Below, piece by piece: positions 32,860 to 42,242 of a stretch of 64,000 nt of DNA. Within the stretch, counting starts at the first letter, position 1, and each line of letters opens with the position of its first letter. The notes under the pieces were generated by a model. The model did not search any database. It had not been told where the DNA came from and saw only the letters and a program-made list of their open reading frames with translations. The stretch is from a virus. The position numbers and the translations under genes were made by a program. The stretch spans positions 55,740 to 119,739 of IMG/VR virus record IMGVR_UViG_3300028800_000003, one strand, 5' to 3'.

Positions 32860-33585
32860 TTATTTATGGAAGTAGCCGAGCAGCCAAGAAAGGCCAGGAA
32901 CATGCCACGTCGTGGCGGTATCGTTCGGTGCGATCTGCGGGACGATGACCGAGTCTGTCGCATCTGCTGGGATTGCGAACGGCACGAAATCGCCGAAATC
33001 GCCGTTGGCGACGTGGGTGGTGTCTGGATCGACATCGAGGCCGGCGACCTCGCGATCGGTCAACTGCCGCAGCTCGTAATTGCCGTTGGAGAGCGCATCC
33101 TTGCTACCGCGGAAGCCGCTCGACATGGTCAGCCAGCGATACTTGATCAGGCCGCGAGAAAAGAGCGTCGAGCACACATAACCAGACGCATATGCGCCGA
33201 GCGTGTAATAGCCACCGAGCGCTTCGCCGAACGCGCGGAAATAGTCGACGATGGCGAGGATGTCGGCTGGACCGGCGTCAAAGTCGACCGTGAGATAGAT
33301 CGCGGCGCCCTTTGGCGCGCCTAGCGTCTTGGCATAAGCCAGCGCCCACAGACCATTTTCGCGGCCACGCGCGGCGCCGAGCGTCGCCTCTTTCGCGCCA
33401 CCCTCGTAGATCAGAAAGACGCGCTTATTGACAGCGGCAATGGCTTTCGCCTCTGCCGGCTTGATCACCTTGGCCTCACCTTCAAGGCCGCGGGCGATGT
33501 ATCGGCCGAACGATTCCGTCCCGGCCGCCACGAAACGTGACAGCCGGGGCGTGACATCGTAGTTGGTGTCGATGATCGAGAACAT
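32860..33585 (-). CDS. DUF1906 (Rv2525c-like, GH25-related) peptidoglycan hydrolase
   Basis: FGRYI...LIYE...AIYLTVDFD...GAYASG...VDPD; start at MFSIIDT. Confidence 0.8.
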   Translation of the reverse strand: MFSIIDTNYDVTPRLSRFVAAGTESFGRYIARGLEGEAKVIKPAEAKAIAAVNKRVFLIYEGGAKEATLGAARGRENGLWALAYAKTLGAPKGAAIYLTVDFDAGPADILAIVDYFRAFGEALGGYYTLGAYASGYVCSTLFSRGLIKYRWLTMSSGFRGSKDALSNGNYELRQLTDREVAGLDVDPDTTHVANGDFGDFVPFAIPADATDSVIVPQIAPNDTATTWHVPGLSWLLGYFHK

Positions 33586-33986
33586 TACGCAGCCTTGGCC
33601 GGAGCCGCTGCGGTGGCAGCGACCGCAGCGGCCGTCGAGGCGGCAGCAGCCGCTTGTTTGGCAGCGACATAGCCGGCGACGACCGCCTGCGCGTTGGAAT
33701 TGCCGGCCTTCACGTTGGCGGCGAACACGTTGAGGGCAGCGACCGCGACGTTGGCGGCGTTGATGGAGGCCTGCACCGACGGCGTCAGAATGCCGGCCTG
33801 CTCGACCAGCGACACGACGGTCTGGATGTCGGCCGTAATGCTCGGCGCGTTGGCGGCGATCCATTTCAGCGCAGCGGCTATTTCCGCCTCTGCGACCGCA
33901 GCGCCCTGTTTGACCTTGGCGATGATGGCGACAACATCGGCCTCGGTGGTCTCGAAAATCGCTTCGACGCTGGAAAGAAAGCTCAT
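33585..33986 (-). CDS. Ala-rich hypothetical protein
   Basis: RBS AGGAGGAG; stop overlaps the DUF1906 start (TAATG). Confidence 0.7.
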   Translation of the reverse strand: MSFLSSVEAIFETTEADVVAIIAKVKQGAAVAEAEIAAALKWIAANAPSITADIQTVVSLVEQAGILTPSVQASINAANVAVAALNVFAANVKAGNSNAQAVVAGYVAAKQAAAAASTAAAVAATAAAPAKAA

Positions 33987-34003
33987 TGGATAACTCCTCC
34001 TGG

Positions 34004-34034
34004 AAAATAAAAAAGCCGCCCGTCGGGGCGGCTT
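34004..34034 (-). terminator. intrinsic terminator
   Basis: AAGCCGCCC-4nt-GGGCGGCTT followed by TTTTATTTT. Confidence 0.65.
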
Positions 34035-34058
34035 CGAGAATGGAAATCTGATCTGCGA

Positions 34059-34994
34059 TCAGATGAACTGTAGACAACGGAAATTGTCGATCATGCGTTT
34101 TGTGTCGGCGTCAATCGCCGTCGGGGCGAAACGGGTGATTTCCGTGGTGCCGGTCTTGACCGTCTTCAACTGGCCTTGCAGCACCGTATTGGATGCTATC
34201 GAGTTGACCACGTTAGCCGTGGCCATTTTGATCATTGACGGCAACGCAGCCTGCGAATATCCGCAGACGTAATAGAGGCGCACCGAAGAAAAGTATTGCA
34301 GCAATTCGCCAGCCGGGACCCAAATCTCGCGAGCGGTGGTTGTCACCAATGTGTTCTTGGTGTCGAACGGAATCCACATCGGCGGCCCGCCGAATTCCTG
34401 AATCACCGCCAACAGATTGATGTCGGTATAGAGCCCCTGATCCTGACTGGTGCGACGGCCATAGCCGTATCGGCCGAGGCCGGACATCAATCGCACGATC
34501 GGACGCGACACGCGTGCCAACGAACGTTCGTCCGGGAGCTGTCGTTCCTCGAAAACGGTCATGCCGAAATCGATCGTGCAATTCGCGGCGTGCGTGTTGG
34601 CGACGCTTGTCAGAATGATGACGCCACCAGGCGCAATCGCTTGAACGGTGCAGGCTTCGGCAAGGTTGGCCGTGCCAATGTCGAGGATGACGACGCTGCC
34701 GATTACGTCGTCATTGAGCAATTGCGCTGGCGCCAGTTGGACACTGACTGCGTTGCCGGGATTGATGCCGGCGGGAGCCTTCAAGGTCGCGCGCGGCACG
34801 CCAGGCGGCTGCGGACAGTCGCCAAGCATGTAGGCCGGCTGGCCCAGATAATCGACGCCGTAGACCAGTCCTTCGGGCCGGTTGAGATATGAGTCGATCA
34901 CCAGTGATGCCTGGATGATCTGCGCGGTGGTCGTGCTCGATGGCAGACCGTATGTCGTAAGATCATCTGGAGGTGTCAGATACTGTGAGGGCAT
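34059..34994 (-). CDS. head-tail adaptor protein
   Basis: QASLVIDSYLNR N-terminus; YVCGY...LPSMIKMATA C-terminus. Confidence 0.75.
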   Translation of the reverse strand: MPSQYLTPPDDLTTYGLPSSTTTAQIIQASLVIDSYLNRPEGLVYGVDYLGQPAYMLGDCPQPPGVPRATLKAPAGINPGNAVSVQLAPAQLLNDDVIGSVVILDIGTANLAEACTVQAIAPGGVIILTSVANTHAANCTIDFGMTVFEERQLPDERSLARVSRPIVRLMSGLGRYGYGRRTSQDQGLYTDINLLAVIQEFGGPPMWIPFDTKNTLVTTTAREIWVPAGELLQYFSSVRLYYVCGYSQAALPSMIKMATANVVNSIASNTVLQGQLKTVKTGTTEITRFAPTAIDADTKRMIDNFRCLQFI

Positions 34995-35006
34995 CAGCGC
35001 ACCAGA

Positions 35007-35306
35007 TTAAGATGCAGCCGCAGCCGAGATTGTCCCCTCGGGATCAACGCCGAAATACTCGCCGTGCAGATTCGATCCGAGATAAGCGACGACAATCGGA
35101 CTGCCGCCAGGCGGCGTATAACTGATGGTGCAGGTCGCATCGGCGACTACGCGAATGAACTGGGTCGTCTTCTGGAAAGCGGAAGACGCCGAACCGCCGA
35201 TCGTGACGGTCTGCAATTTGGTATTGGCGTCGAGTTTCCCGAACGGCGGCACGCCGTTCTCGGAAATCACCAGTTCATCGAATTCGGTGACGAAGACAGA
35301 GGACAT
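35007..35306 (-). CDS. small virion protein
   Basis: SSAFQKTTQFIRVVADATC...EYFGV. Confidence 0.65.
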   Translation of the reverse strand: MSSVFVTEFDELVISENGVPPFGKLDANTKLQTVTIGGSASSAFQKTTQFIRVVADATCTISYTPPGGSPIVVAYLGSNLHGEYFGVDPEGTISAAAAS

Positions 35307-35334
35307 TGCCGTTCCTGAAAATGGATTGTTAAGA

Positions 35335-35409
35335 TGGCTCCGGGGGCAGGACTCGAACCTGCGACCATCCGATTAACAGTCGGACGCTCTACCACTGAGC
35401 TACCCCGAA
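35335..35409 (-). tRNA. tRNA-Asn (GTT)
   Basis: TTCGGGGTAGCTCAGTGGTAGAGCG-TCCGA-CTGTTAA-TCGGA-TGGTC-GCAGGTTCGAGTCCTGC-CCCCGGAGCCA; full cloverleaf with CCA. Confidence 0.96.
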
Positions 35410-35426
35410 TCGACTCCGCGGCAAGA

Positions 35427-35645
35427 TCACTTGCCGAGCAGGAGTCGGACTGTCCGTTGTTTGATGGAGAAGGTCTGGCCCGCGTAGATAGCGACCTCGC
35501 CGTCGGTCGGCTTGTCGAGGCTGTAGAGATTGCGCTCGCGATTGAGCAGCGCCTCGTATCGCTTGGCTTCGTCTTGCGTACCTCGCCCGTATAACGTCCT
35601 GGCGCCATGGGCTCGAAAGGCGTGAACGGGAGAGATAGCAGGCAT
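35427..35645 (-). CDS. hypothetical protein
   Basis: ATG 1 nt after the upstream stop. Confidence 0.45.
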   Translation of the reverse strand: MPAISPVHAFRAHGARTLYGRGTQDEAKRYEALLNRERNLYSLDKPTDGEVAIYAGQTFSIKQRTVRLLLGK

Positions 35646-35646
35646 A

Positions 35647-35967
35647 TTAGCGGACGCGGCCAGAAATCAATGAGGCGAGACCGCCCAGCAGAGCATTGCC
35701 GCTGGCACGCACAAGCGGAGTGCGCTGCGCATGGCCGGTCTTGACCAGCCATTCGCCGAGGCGTTCATCGACACTGGCGCGGCCATGCGTAAAGACCACC
35801 TCGAACTGGCGCGGCACCGTCGTCGTGCCATCGGCCGATGGCTGTTTCCACTCGTCAGGAACATCGTTGGCGGACACGCCACCACCGAGACCTGGGACGC
35901 CAGGAGTGACATAGAGAACGTGACGGGGATTGGCGCGTTCTTTTGCGCCAGCGAGGAAAACAAACAC
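35647..35967 (-). CDS. head-module hypothetical protein
   Basis: GGAGG plus GTG start; PRQFEVVFTHGRASVDERLGEWL. An in-frame upstream ATG with RBS lies at 36357. Confidence 0.65.
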   Translation of the reverse strand: MFVFLAGAKERANPRHVLYVTPGVPGLGGGVSANDVPDEWKQPSADGTTTVPRQFEVVFTHGRASVDERLGEWLVKTGHAQRTPLVRASGNALLGGLASLISGRVR

Positions 35968-36522
35968 TTTAGACCTCCGAGTTGACCGTATGGATTTGAG
36001 TTGATGACGCCATTCGCCGAAGCCGGCGAAGGCTCTCTCGCGCCCGGTCCAGCGCGATGAATCAATTCCACTGGAATGCTGGGTTTCAGCGGATGCTGAA
36101 ATCGGCTGACCCAGTAGAGTGGCTTTCAGTCGGTCTGTGCCCGAGACCTGTCGTGGCTTCTCTGACAGCGGCCGATAACGCCGCTGCGGCAACAGATCGA
36201 ATGCAAAGCGCCAGATGTGGCGCCACTGCAATTCACCGACCGGCGCGTAATGGCGCCGTCGCCAACACAGTGTGATAGCGGCATCGTATTGACCGTCAGG
36301 CCCGATGCGGCTCGGCTTGCCGACATTCAACATGCCGAGCCAGAACTTGAAAACCATGCGCGTGCCTCCACGCGGTGTGAATTGAAATGCAGGGCTTGTC
36401 CACCTGCTCCAGCGCACGGAGTCGCCTACCGGACGCAAACAGACGCCACTACCGGTGCTGCACTACTCCCGTCCGGGGGGAGCCTCGCCCATGGGCGAGC
36501 AATTGCGACATCGCGAGATGCG

Positions 36523-36732
36523 TTACACCTTGTGCCAGTGTTCCGCCGCTTCGGCGAACCGCGCGCGCTCGGCGAGTTTCACGTTGGGAGAGTGTGCGGC
36601 CTTCTCGATCTTGGCTTCGGGAATTTTCTTCCCTTGGGCGACGCCAAGGTCTTTATGCAGCAGACCCTTGTGCGACGGCTTGATCGGGCCGCCGGGACCC
36701 CAGGCTTGCGCCTGTTCAATACGTTCGGCCAT
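36523..36732 (-). CDS. small basic phage protein
   Basis: KGLLHKDLGVAQGKKIP...RARFAE, a motif common in phage head modules. Confidence 0.75.
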   Translation of the reverse strand: MAERIEQAQAWGPGGPIKPSHKGLLHKDLGVAQGKKIPEAKIEKAAHSPNVKLAERARFAEAAEHWHKV

Positions 36733-36813
36733 CACGGAAATCCTTCCAAAATAAATAACAGGGAATCTGCACGGCAACAGCAACGCCGTTACCGTGCAGC
36801 CGCTTGTTAGGAA

Positions 36814-37809
36814 TTACGGACGGACGACCGCGACGATCGAGTGGGCGTAGGTCGGACCCTTCGCCAGCACCGCGTTGAAATGCACGGCGACGTACTGGCC
36901 CTGCAAGCCGCCCAGCAAGCCGAGCTGGAAGATGCGGGGCTTGGGGTTGCCCTGACCGCCATCGATGTACGGCATCTCAACCATTCGCTCGGTCATGATG
37001 ACGGCGAAATAGTTGTTGAAGCCGGACGGAGGAGCCGAGAAGCCGAACGCCGCAGCGTTGGTGTAGGGCAGCCAGCGCTCGCTGATCAGAGGCAGGAGGC
37101 CCGCCTCGGTCTGGATCGCGCTCACCTTCACGCCGGCCTTCACTTCCACAGTGTCGAGCACGAGGCCCATGGCCTTGCACTCTTGGGCGATGTAGTTGGC
37201 GAGCTTCGGGTTGACGTAGATCGCCGTCGGGTCCGAGTCGAAATCGGTGCGGGCGATCATCGAGGCGACCTGTGCTTTCAGCCCGTCAACGATCGAGGAA
37301 CCGTTGCCGATGGTGGCCGTCTGCATGATCTGGTTGAGCAGGCCCATGTACTGCTGCGTGGTCGGGTTCGACAGCGACGTGTCGTTGCCGTTCCACACCG
37401 CAGCCGCCTCAAGGCGCAGGATCGCGTTGACGGCGTCCTGAATGTCCTTGGCCTCCAGGTAGGAGAACTGGCCTTGCTGTTTGGTCACGTCCACGTCGAA
37501 CAGCGAGAGGTTCGTCTGGACCGTGATGGCCTTGATGAAGGCCGTGCGCTCGACGCGCTGCGGGCCGGTGGCGGCTGGCGTCAGATTGCGCGGGTCGTTG
37601 AACGCGGCGGTGCCGATGTTCAACTGTTCAAAGTAGCGATGCGGATGGCCGGTAGCCGGCTTGGCAGAAACGCGATTGAGGAAAACGCTCGACCGCACAA
37701 CCTCGTCGACGATCTCGGGCTCGTAGCGGTTGATTTCAATCGCGCCGTTGCCAAGAAAGTCCGCGGCCGCGCTCACGGATTCAAAGCGCGCCTGAAACTT
37801 ATCAGTCAT
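36814..37809 (-). CDS. major capsid protein
   Basis: 331 aa, strongly biased codons, follows the protease/scaffold gene; ATGHPHRYFEQ; PTAIYVNP. Confidence 0.88.
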   Translation of the reverse strand: MTDKFQARFESVSAAADFLGNGAIEINRYEPEIVDEVVRSSVFLNRVSAKPATGHPHRYFEQLNIGTAAFNDPRNLTPAATGPQRVERTAFIKAITVQTNLSLFDVDVTKQQGQFSYLEAKDIQDAVNAILRLEAAAVWNGNDTSLSNPTTQQYMGLLNQIMQTATIGNGSSIVDGLKAQVASMIARTDFDSDPTAIYVNPKLANYIAQECKAMGLVLDTVEVKAGVKVSAIQTEAGLLPLISERWLPYTNAAAFGFSAPPSGFNNYFAVIMTERMVEMPYIDGGQGNPKPRIFQLGLLGGLQGQYVAVHFNAVLAKGPTYAHSIVAVVRP

Positions 37810-37871
37810 TGGGGAAAAATCCTTCACGCGGCGCGGCGAGAAACGACGCACCGATCAAATGGATGGGGTGG

Positions 37872-37898
37872 AAAAAAGCGGGGGCCGAAAAGGCCCCC
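37872..37898 (-). terminator. intrinsic terminator between scaffold and capsid
   Basis: GGGGGCC-5nt-GGCCCCC followed by GCTTTTTT on the minus strand. Confidence 0.5.
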
Positions 37899-37929
37899 TT
37901 GATCAAACAAACCGAATTGTCAGATCGGA

Positions 37930-39288
37930 TTAGTCGATCGCGCCGACGTGGGCGAGAACCGTTTTCAGACGGAAACGATCCTCGGTCGCGAGACCGGCTT
38001 TCGCCATCGCGTCGTTGAGCGTGTTGAGCGGAATCTTGCTGCCGTCCTTGGGCAGTTCGATGCCGGCCTTGGCGATCAGCTTCTCCTCACCGGCGCTGAG
38101 TGCGTAGGCGAGAGTCTGGCGCGCCGGGCGCACGCCCTCGGCCGAAGCCGACAGCGTCTCGATCTTCTTTTCGGCGTCGGCCAGCTTGGTCTTGAGCGAA
38201 GCGACCTCGTCCTTGTGCGCGACTTCCGCCTTTTCGGCAGCAGCCTTCACCTCGGCGATCTGTTTGTCGGCCTCGACCTTCGCCTTCGCCGCAGCGTCTT
38301 CGCCGGCCTTCACCGCGGCCGCGTCGCTCGCCATAAAGCGATCGAACACATGGGACACTTTGCCCACGGCGCCGTCGGCACGAATGCCGTCAGCCATCTT
38401 GCGGAGAATCTGGACGTGGCCGGCGCTGGCATGCAGACCAATGCCTGCATCTTCCAACTTGTTGGCGGCATCCTCCAGTCGCTTCGCGTGCGGCTCGACT
38501 TTTTCGAGCACGTTCGCGGCCTGAACGTTCGCCATCTTCTCCGGCAGCTTCTGCAACTCTGCGATCTGAGTGGCCTGCGCAGTCACTGCGTCAGCGATCT
38601 GTTTGACAGACGCAGCGAGAGCGTCGAAATTCTTTTGGGCTTCTGCATCCATCTTGAAATCTCCTTGATCTGAAAGATGGGCCACTACGTCGGCAGCACG
38701 TTCGGCTGCTTCCTGTGCGGCGTTAATTGACGTTGATTTGTAGGCAGCCTTATTCTTGAAAAGAATTGCTGCACCAGTGAAGACAAGTTCGGTAACAGAA
38801 ACAGGATTCAGCTTGGGATCGTTAGTCCACAAGTTGCGTGCCTCGAAACTCATTCCGAGGTCGTCCTTGTTGGCCTTGATCTCTTTTGCCAACTCCGGGA
38901 AATCGGCAGCGAAGATGTAGCCGTCGACGACGATGGCGTTACGCCCATTCACTTGTTTGATGTCGGCGGCGCTGATCACGCCAATCTTGTTGCGCGGCGC
39001 GTGCGCGGTCAGATCGGCCATGCAGCCGATGCCCATGCCGATCAGAGAGTCGAGCGCGTCGCGCGCGGCGCCCGCTGTCACGAGGATGCGCTTGCCGCCG
39101 GTGCCTTCCGGCGCGGCGTCAGACGGTTCATCGATGTACGTAAGCACACCTGAGAACGGCATCTTGTTTGGATGCGTCTTGATGTCGAAGGCCGCGGCTT
39201 GCAGCGCGACAGTCGAGAGCATCACGGCGCGCTTGTCGTCGCCGTGGCCGGAATCAACCGGAACGTGGTCAGTCATCGCAGTATGCAA
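37930..39288 (-). CDS. prohead protease/scaffold fusion
   Basis: H...KIGVI...LGMSFE...FTGAAIL...AAY protease-like N-terminus; Ala/Lys/Glu coiled-coil C-terminus. Confidence 0.85.
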   Translation of the reverse strand: MHTAMTDHVPVDSGHGDDKRAVMLSTVALQAAAFDIKTHPNKMPFSGVLTYIDEPSDAAPEGTGGKRILVTAGAARDALDSLIGMGIGCMADLTAHAPRNKIGVISAADIKQVNGRNAIVVDGYIFAADFPELAKEIKANKDDLGMSFEARNLWTNDPKLNPVSVTELVFTGAAILFKNKAAYKSTSINAAQEAAERAADVVAHLSDQGDFKMDAEAQKNFDALAASVKQIADAVTAQATQIAELQKLPEKMANVQAANVLEKVEPHAKRLEDAANKLEDAGIGLHASAGHVQILRKMADGIRADGAVGKVSHVFDRFMASDAAAVKAGEDAAAKAKVEADKQIAEVKAAAEKAEVAHKDEVASLKTKLADAEKKIETLSASAEGVRPARQTLAYALSAGEEKLIAKAGIELPKDGSKIPLNTLNDAMAKAGLATEDRFRLKTVLAHVGAID

Positions 39289-39370
39289 CCTGTGCTATAT
39301 GTGCTGGCCGGTTACACGCGACCGGCTTAACCTATTGATTTTGCGAGGATAAAAGCCAGGAAGAATGCCA

Positions 39371-39409
39371 TACCCGCACTTGCGCCCCGCATTTACCCGC
39401 ATATATAAC
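39371..39409 (+). promoter_or_regulatory. sigma70-like promoter with TACCCGCA direct repeats
   Basis: TTGCGC(39380)...TATATAAC; TACCCGCA at 39371 and 39394; precedes the plus-strand operon. Confidence 0.5.
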
Positions 39410-39426
39410 AACATGACGAGAGGAGC

Positions 39427-39666
39427 GTGCTTTTGAAACAGCTCGATCTATTCGGCGAGCCCGTCGCGTCATCCGCGCCGGATGAACCGCCGATCGACGA
39501 TGTCGAATTCAGGTTCGGCAATCGCGGCCTGCGCGTCGTGCGCGTTTACGGCGACGATGATGCAGCGCCCGTAATCGTCGAGGAGCTAAGCAATCGCGTC
39601 ACTCTGCCAGGGCAACTCGCGCTCTGGAGCCGACAGGGCGTCAAGAGAGAACTGGAGAAACGATGA
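39427..39666 (+). CDS. hypothetical protein
   Basis: RBS GAGGAG; first gene of an ATGA-coupled operon. Confidence 0.65.
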   Translation: MLLKQLDLFGEPVASSAPDEPPIDDVEFRFGNRGLRVVRVYGDDDAAPVIVEELSNRVTLPGQLALWSRQGVKRELEKR

Positions 39667-39944
39667 GCAAAAAGTTAGTGCAACCAAAAGAGCGCAAGCG
39701 CGGACTGCCGCCTGATCCTGACGGGCGAGGTCTCCACTATGGCAACGCCGACCGCGCCAAGTGGGCGCTTGCCGCCGTGCAAGAGTTTCAACGGCAGACG
39801 GGCAGCGATAATGACACCGCAGTTGGCGATCTGATCGCCGACCTGATTCATATGTGCGACCGTTATCCAGAGTTCGGACCATTCGGCGCGCAATACGAAA
39901 ACGGCTGTCGACACTATGACGCCGAGACACGGCCAGAACGATGA
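39663..39944 (+). CDS. hypothetical protein
   Basis: NADRAKWA...GDLIADLIHMCD helical phage-type protein; coupled. Confidence 0.7.
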   Translation: MSKKLVQPKERKRGLPPDPDGRGLHYGNADRAKWALAAVQEFQRQTGSDNDTAVGDLIADLIHMCDRYPEFGPFGAQYENGCRHYDAETRPER

Positions 39945-40195
39945 GTCGCACAATGACGACAAAAAGGACTGTCTACGAAACGGTGCCGTCGAAGAATTGG
40001 AACGGAACGCCAGACGGCGGCACGTTTCAGAAACCCGTGACAGAGGTCAAATGCTGCGGCCGGTGGCTGCGCTGCGACCGCTTCACCAACACCTGCGACA
40101 CCTGCAACGCCGACTACAATATGAGCGGTCAGCGACTGGCGCCGCGCGAGCAGTGGGGCGAGGAAACCGGAGAACACTGGACGGAGTGCATATGA
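39941..40195 (+). CDS. small Zn-finger-like protein
   Basis: KCCGRWLRC...NTCDTCNADYNMSGQRLAPREQWGE. Confidence 0.7.
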   Translation: MSRTMTTKRTVYETVPSKNWNGTPDGGTFQKPVTEVKCCGRWLRCDRFTNTCDTCNADYNMSGQRLAPREQWGEETGEHWTECI

Positions 40196-40350
40196 CGCAA
40201 AGCAATCAAGAGAAGATTGCGCACCTGCGCAAGCGAGCCGCACGGCTGCGCGCCAGTCTGCGCCATATCACAGACCCATTTTGGAAGCGCCGCGGCAACG
40301 AACATATAGCTGCGGTGGAACGCGAAATAGAGAGACTGGAGAAGCAATGA
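40192..40350 (+). CDS. hypothetical protein
   Basis: RBS GGAG; ATGA coupling. Confidence 0.6.
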   Translation: MTQSNQEKIAHLRKRAARLRASLRHITDPFWKRRGNEHIAAVEREIERLEKQ

Positions 40351-40577
40351 CGATGACTGAGCGAGAACCACGTTTCGCGATCGGAACGCGATTCAACTAC
40401 AAAACGCGCGTCTGCACCGTCACGGACATTCTGCGCACATACAATAGCGCTGGCGATCTTGTGAAAATTCGCTACGTCGCCGAGCACAAGTTTCTTGGGC
40501 AAATCGTCACTGACAGTGACGTTTGCGAAACCTCGATTGCGCGCGGCAGACCAGTAACCAGGACGGTGCAGCAATGA
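40347..40577 (+). CDS. hypothetical protein
   Basis: PRFAIGTRF...VTDILRTYNSAG...HKFLGQ; coupled. Confidence 0.7.
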   Translation: MTMTEREPRFAIGTRFNYKTRVCTVTDILRTYNSAGDLVKIRYVAEHKFLGQIVTDSDVCETSIARGRPVTRTVQQ

Positions 40578-40789
40578 GAACTTGCACCATAATGACATTC
40601 ACCGACGGCAAGGCATCGCGCTATTGCGTCATGCGCGGCCCGATGTCTGGCAAGGCATTCAACGCTGGCGCGGCCGACATCGTCGCCACAGTCACGCTGC
40701 AAAAGCCAGCAGACGATCAATTCTATTTGGACACGACGGCACGCTACGCAACGCCGGAAGCGCCGCCCGTGTATTGGCAGCGATCATGA
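40574..40789 (+). CDS. hypothetical protein
   Basis: ATGA coupling on both sides. Confidence 0.55.
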   Translation: MRTCTIMTFTDGKASRYCVMRGPMSGKAFNAGAADIVATVTLQKPADDQFYLDTTARYATPEAPPVYWQRS

Positions 40790-40970
40790 GCGCAGTCCCG
40801 AAACTCGAACCGCACTGCAACAATAGCTGGATCGCCGTATCTCGCGAGACCGGCAAGCCGGTGTTTGAGACGTATCGGCGAAAACTGCCGAGCACATCAA
40901 TCAAGAGCGCTACGAGGTCGTAACCGCGCACCAATGGCTTGCGCGCATCACAGAAAGGAAGGGAGCATGA
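40786..40970 (+). pseudogene. small phage gene with an apparent 1-nt frameshift
   Basis: SWIAVSRETGKPVFETY continues as SAKTAEHINQERYEVVTAHQWL in the -1 frame, which ends in an ATGA overlap with the next gene. Confidence 0.55.
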
Positions 40971-41179
40971 TCGATTTGACAATGAAGGCTTACAAGGAAG
41001 GCGATCGTATCGTGCTGGCGGACGACCTTGGCCCGACCGCACTATCTGCATTGCTCGGCGGCAAGCATGGAGTCGTGTATCGCGTCGTCAAAGCGCGTCG
41101 CGTATTCACCGTGAAACTAGAGGACGGCAGATTCTATGACGCGCCACCGTGCGCTCTGCGCCCGGAGACGCAGCAATGA
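40967..41179 (+). CDS. small SH3-like hypothetical protein
   Basis: YKEGDRIVL...GKHGVV...FTVKLEDG; RBS GGGAG. Confidence 0.6.
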   Translation: MIDLTMKAYKEGDRIVLADDLGPTALSALLGGKHGVVYRVVKARRVFTVKLEDGRFYDAPPCALRPETQQ

Positions 41180-42057
41180 GTATCCGCATCCCCATCGTCA
41201 AAATCGATCGCGATTCTGCGCAGCCGCGCAAAGCGTTCGATAACACGCACATCCAGTCACTGGCGGCATCGATCCGCAAGCGCGGCCTATTGCAGCCCAT
41301 TACCGTGCGACCGCGTGACGACGGCCGCTACCAAATCGTGGCCGGCGAATGTCGTTGGCGCGCGCATAAACTCTTGGTCGAGCGCGGCTACAAGCAATTC
41401 GCGGAAATCTCATGCAACGTCGTCGCGATGACTGATCGCGAGAAGAAAATCGCAGCGATCATCGAAAACGTGCAGCGCGCCGACATGAATCCGATCGAGG
41501 AGGCCGAGGGCTATCAATCGCTGATGGACGACGGCATGACGCTCGATCAGGTCGTCGAGGAGACCGGCAAGGGCCGCGATCACGTCCGGCACCGGCTCGA
41601 ACTACTGTCACTTGACGAAGGCATTCGCGGCCTCGTTAAGTCCGGGCAATTGCCGCCGACGATGGGCGTCGTCATTACCTGGGCGCCGAAGCATCATCAC
41701 GCCAATCTGGTGCGCCAGATTGCGGCCGGCAAACTGAAGACGACGGAACACGTCCGCCACGCCGCGATGGCGTTACGTGACGCGGAAGCGCAAGCCGACG
41801 CGTTTGCGTCTGCACCGCCCGCATCAAAAGAGGATCGGCGCAAGCTCGCGTCACTGGAAAACAGGATCGAGCAAGTCGCCAAGCTGGTGCGGTTCGGCTT
41901 CAAAGACGGCGAGTGCGTTGCCGCGAAACGAGTCGATCCGCAACGTATCAAGAAAGCCGCAGACCAGCTCGCGCTGATCCGCAAGCACATACAGCAAATG
42001 GAACATGCACTGCGCTGCGCCGCAGCCCAGGGCGAAATCTTGAAGGAGGCCGCATGA
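41176..42057 (+). CDS. ParB/RepB/Spo0J-family protein
   Basis: QPRKAF...LAASIRKRGLLQPITVR...IVAGECRWRA...ENVQRADMNPIEEA plus HTH. Confidence 0.9.
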   Translation: MSIRIPIVKIDRDSAQPRKAFDNTHIQSLAASIRKRGLLQPITVRPRDDGRYQIVAGECRWRAHKLLVERGYKQFAEISCNVVAMTDREKKIAAIIENVQRADMNPIEEAEGYQSLMDDGMTLDQVVEETGKGRDHVRHRLELLSLDEGIRGLVKSGQLPPTMGVVITWAPKHHHANLVRQIAAGKLKTTEHVRHAAMALRDAEAQADAFASAPPASKEDRRKLASLENRIEQVAKLVRFGFKDGECVAAKRVDPQRIKKAADQLALIRKHIQQMEHALRCAAAQGEILKEAA

Positions 42058-42242
42058 AATATCGCGTCGGACTGACACAACGCGTCATCGAGGAAGCAAC
42101 TGTCGAGGTCGAGGCTAATTCCGCGCAAGAGGCCGAGGATAAAGCCTTGGCGAAAGCGCTATCAGGTGACATCGAGTGGCGCTTTCTCGAAGCCAACGAG
42201 ACCCCGGAGATTTCCGCAGAGCCTGAGGAGATAAAGCCGTGA
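42054..42242 (+). CDS. hypothetical protein
   Basis: MKYRV...VEVEANSAQEAEDKA; RBS AGGAGG. Confidence 0.7.
   Translation: MKYRVGLTQRVIEEATVEVEANSAQEAEDKALAKALSGDIEWRFLEANETPEISAEPEEIKP

Noticed and set aside
33586-34077. N-terminal 160 aa of the 405-aa ORF 32860-34077
   Set aside because: Out-of-frame overlap with the real 33585-33986 gene; the DUF1906 protein starts at 33585.
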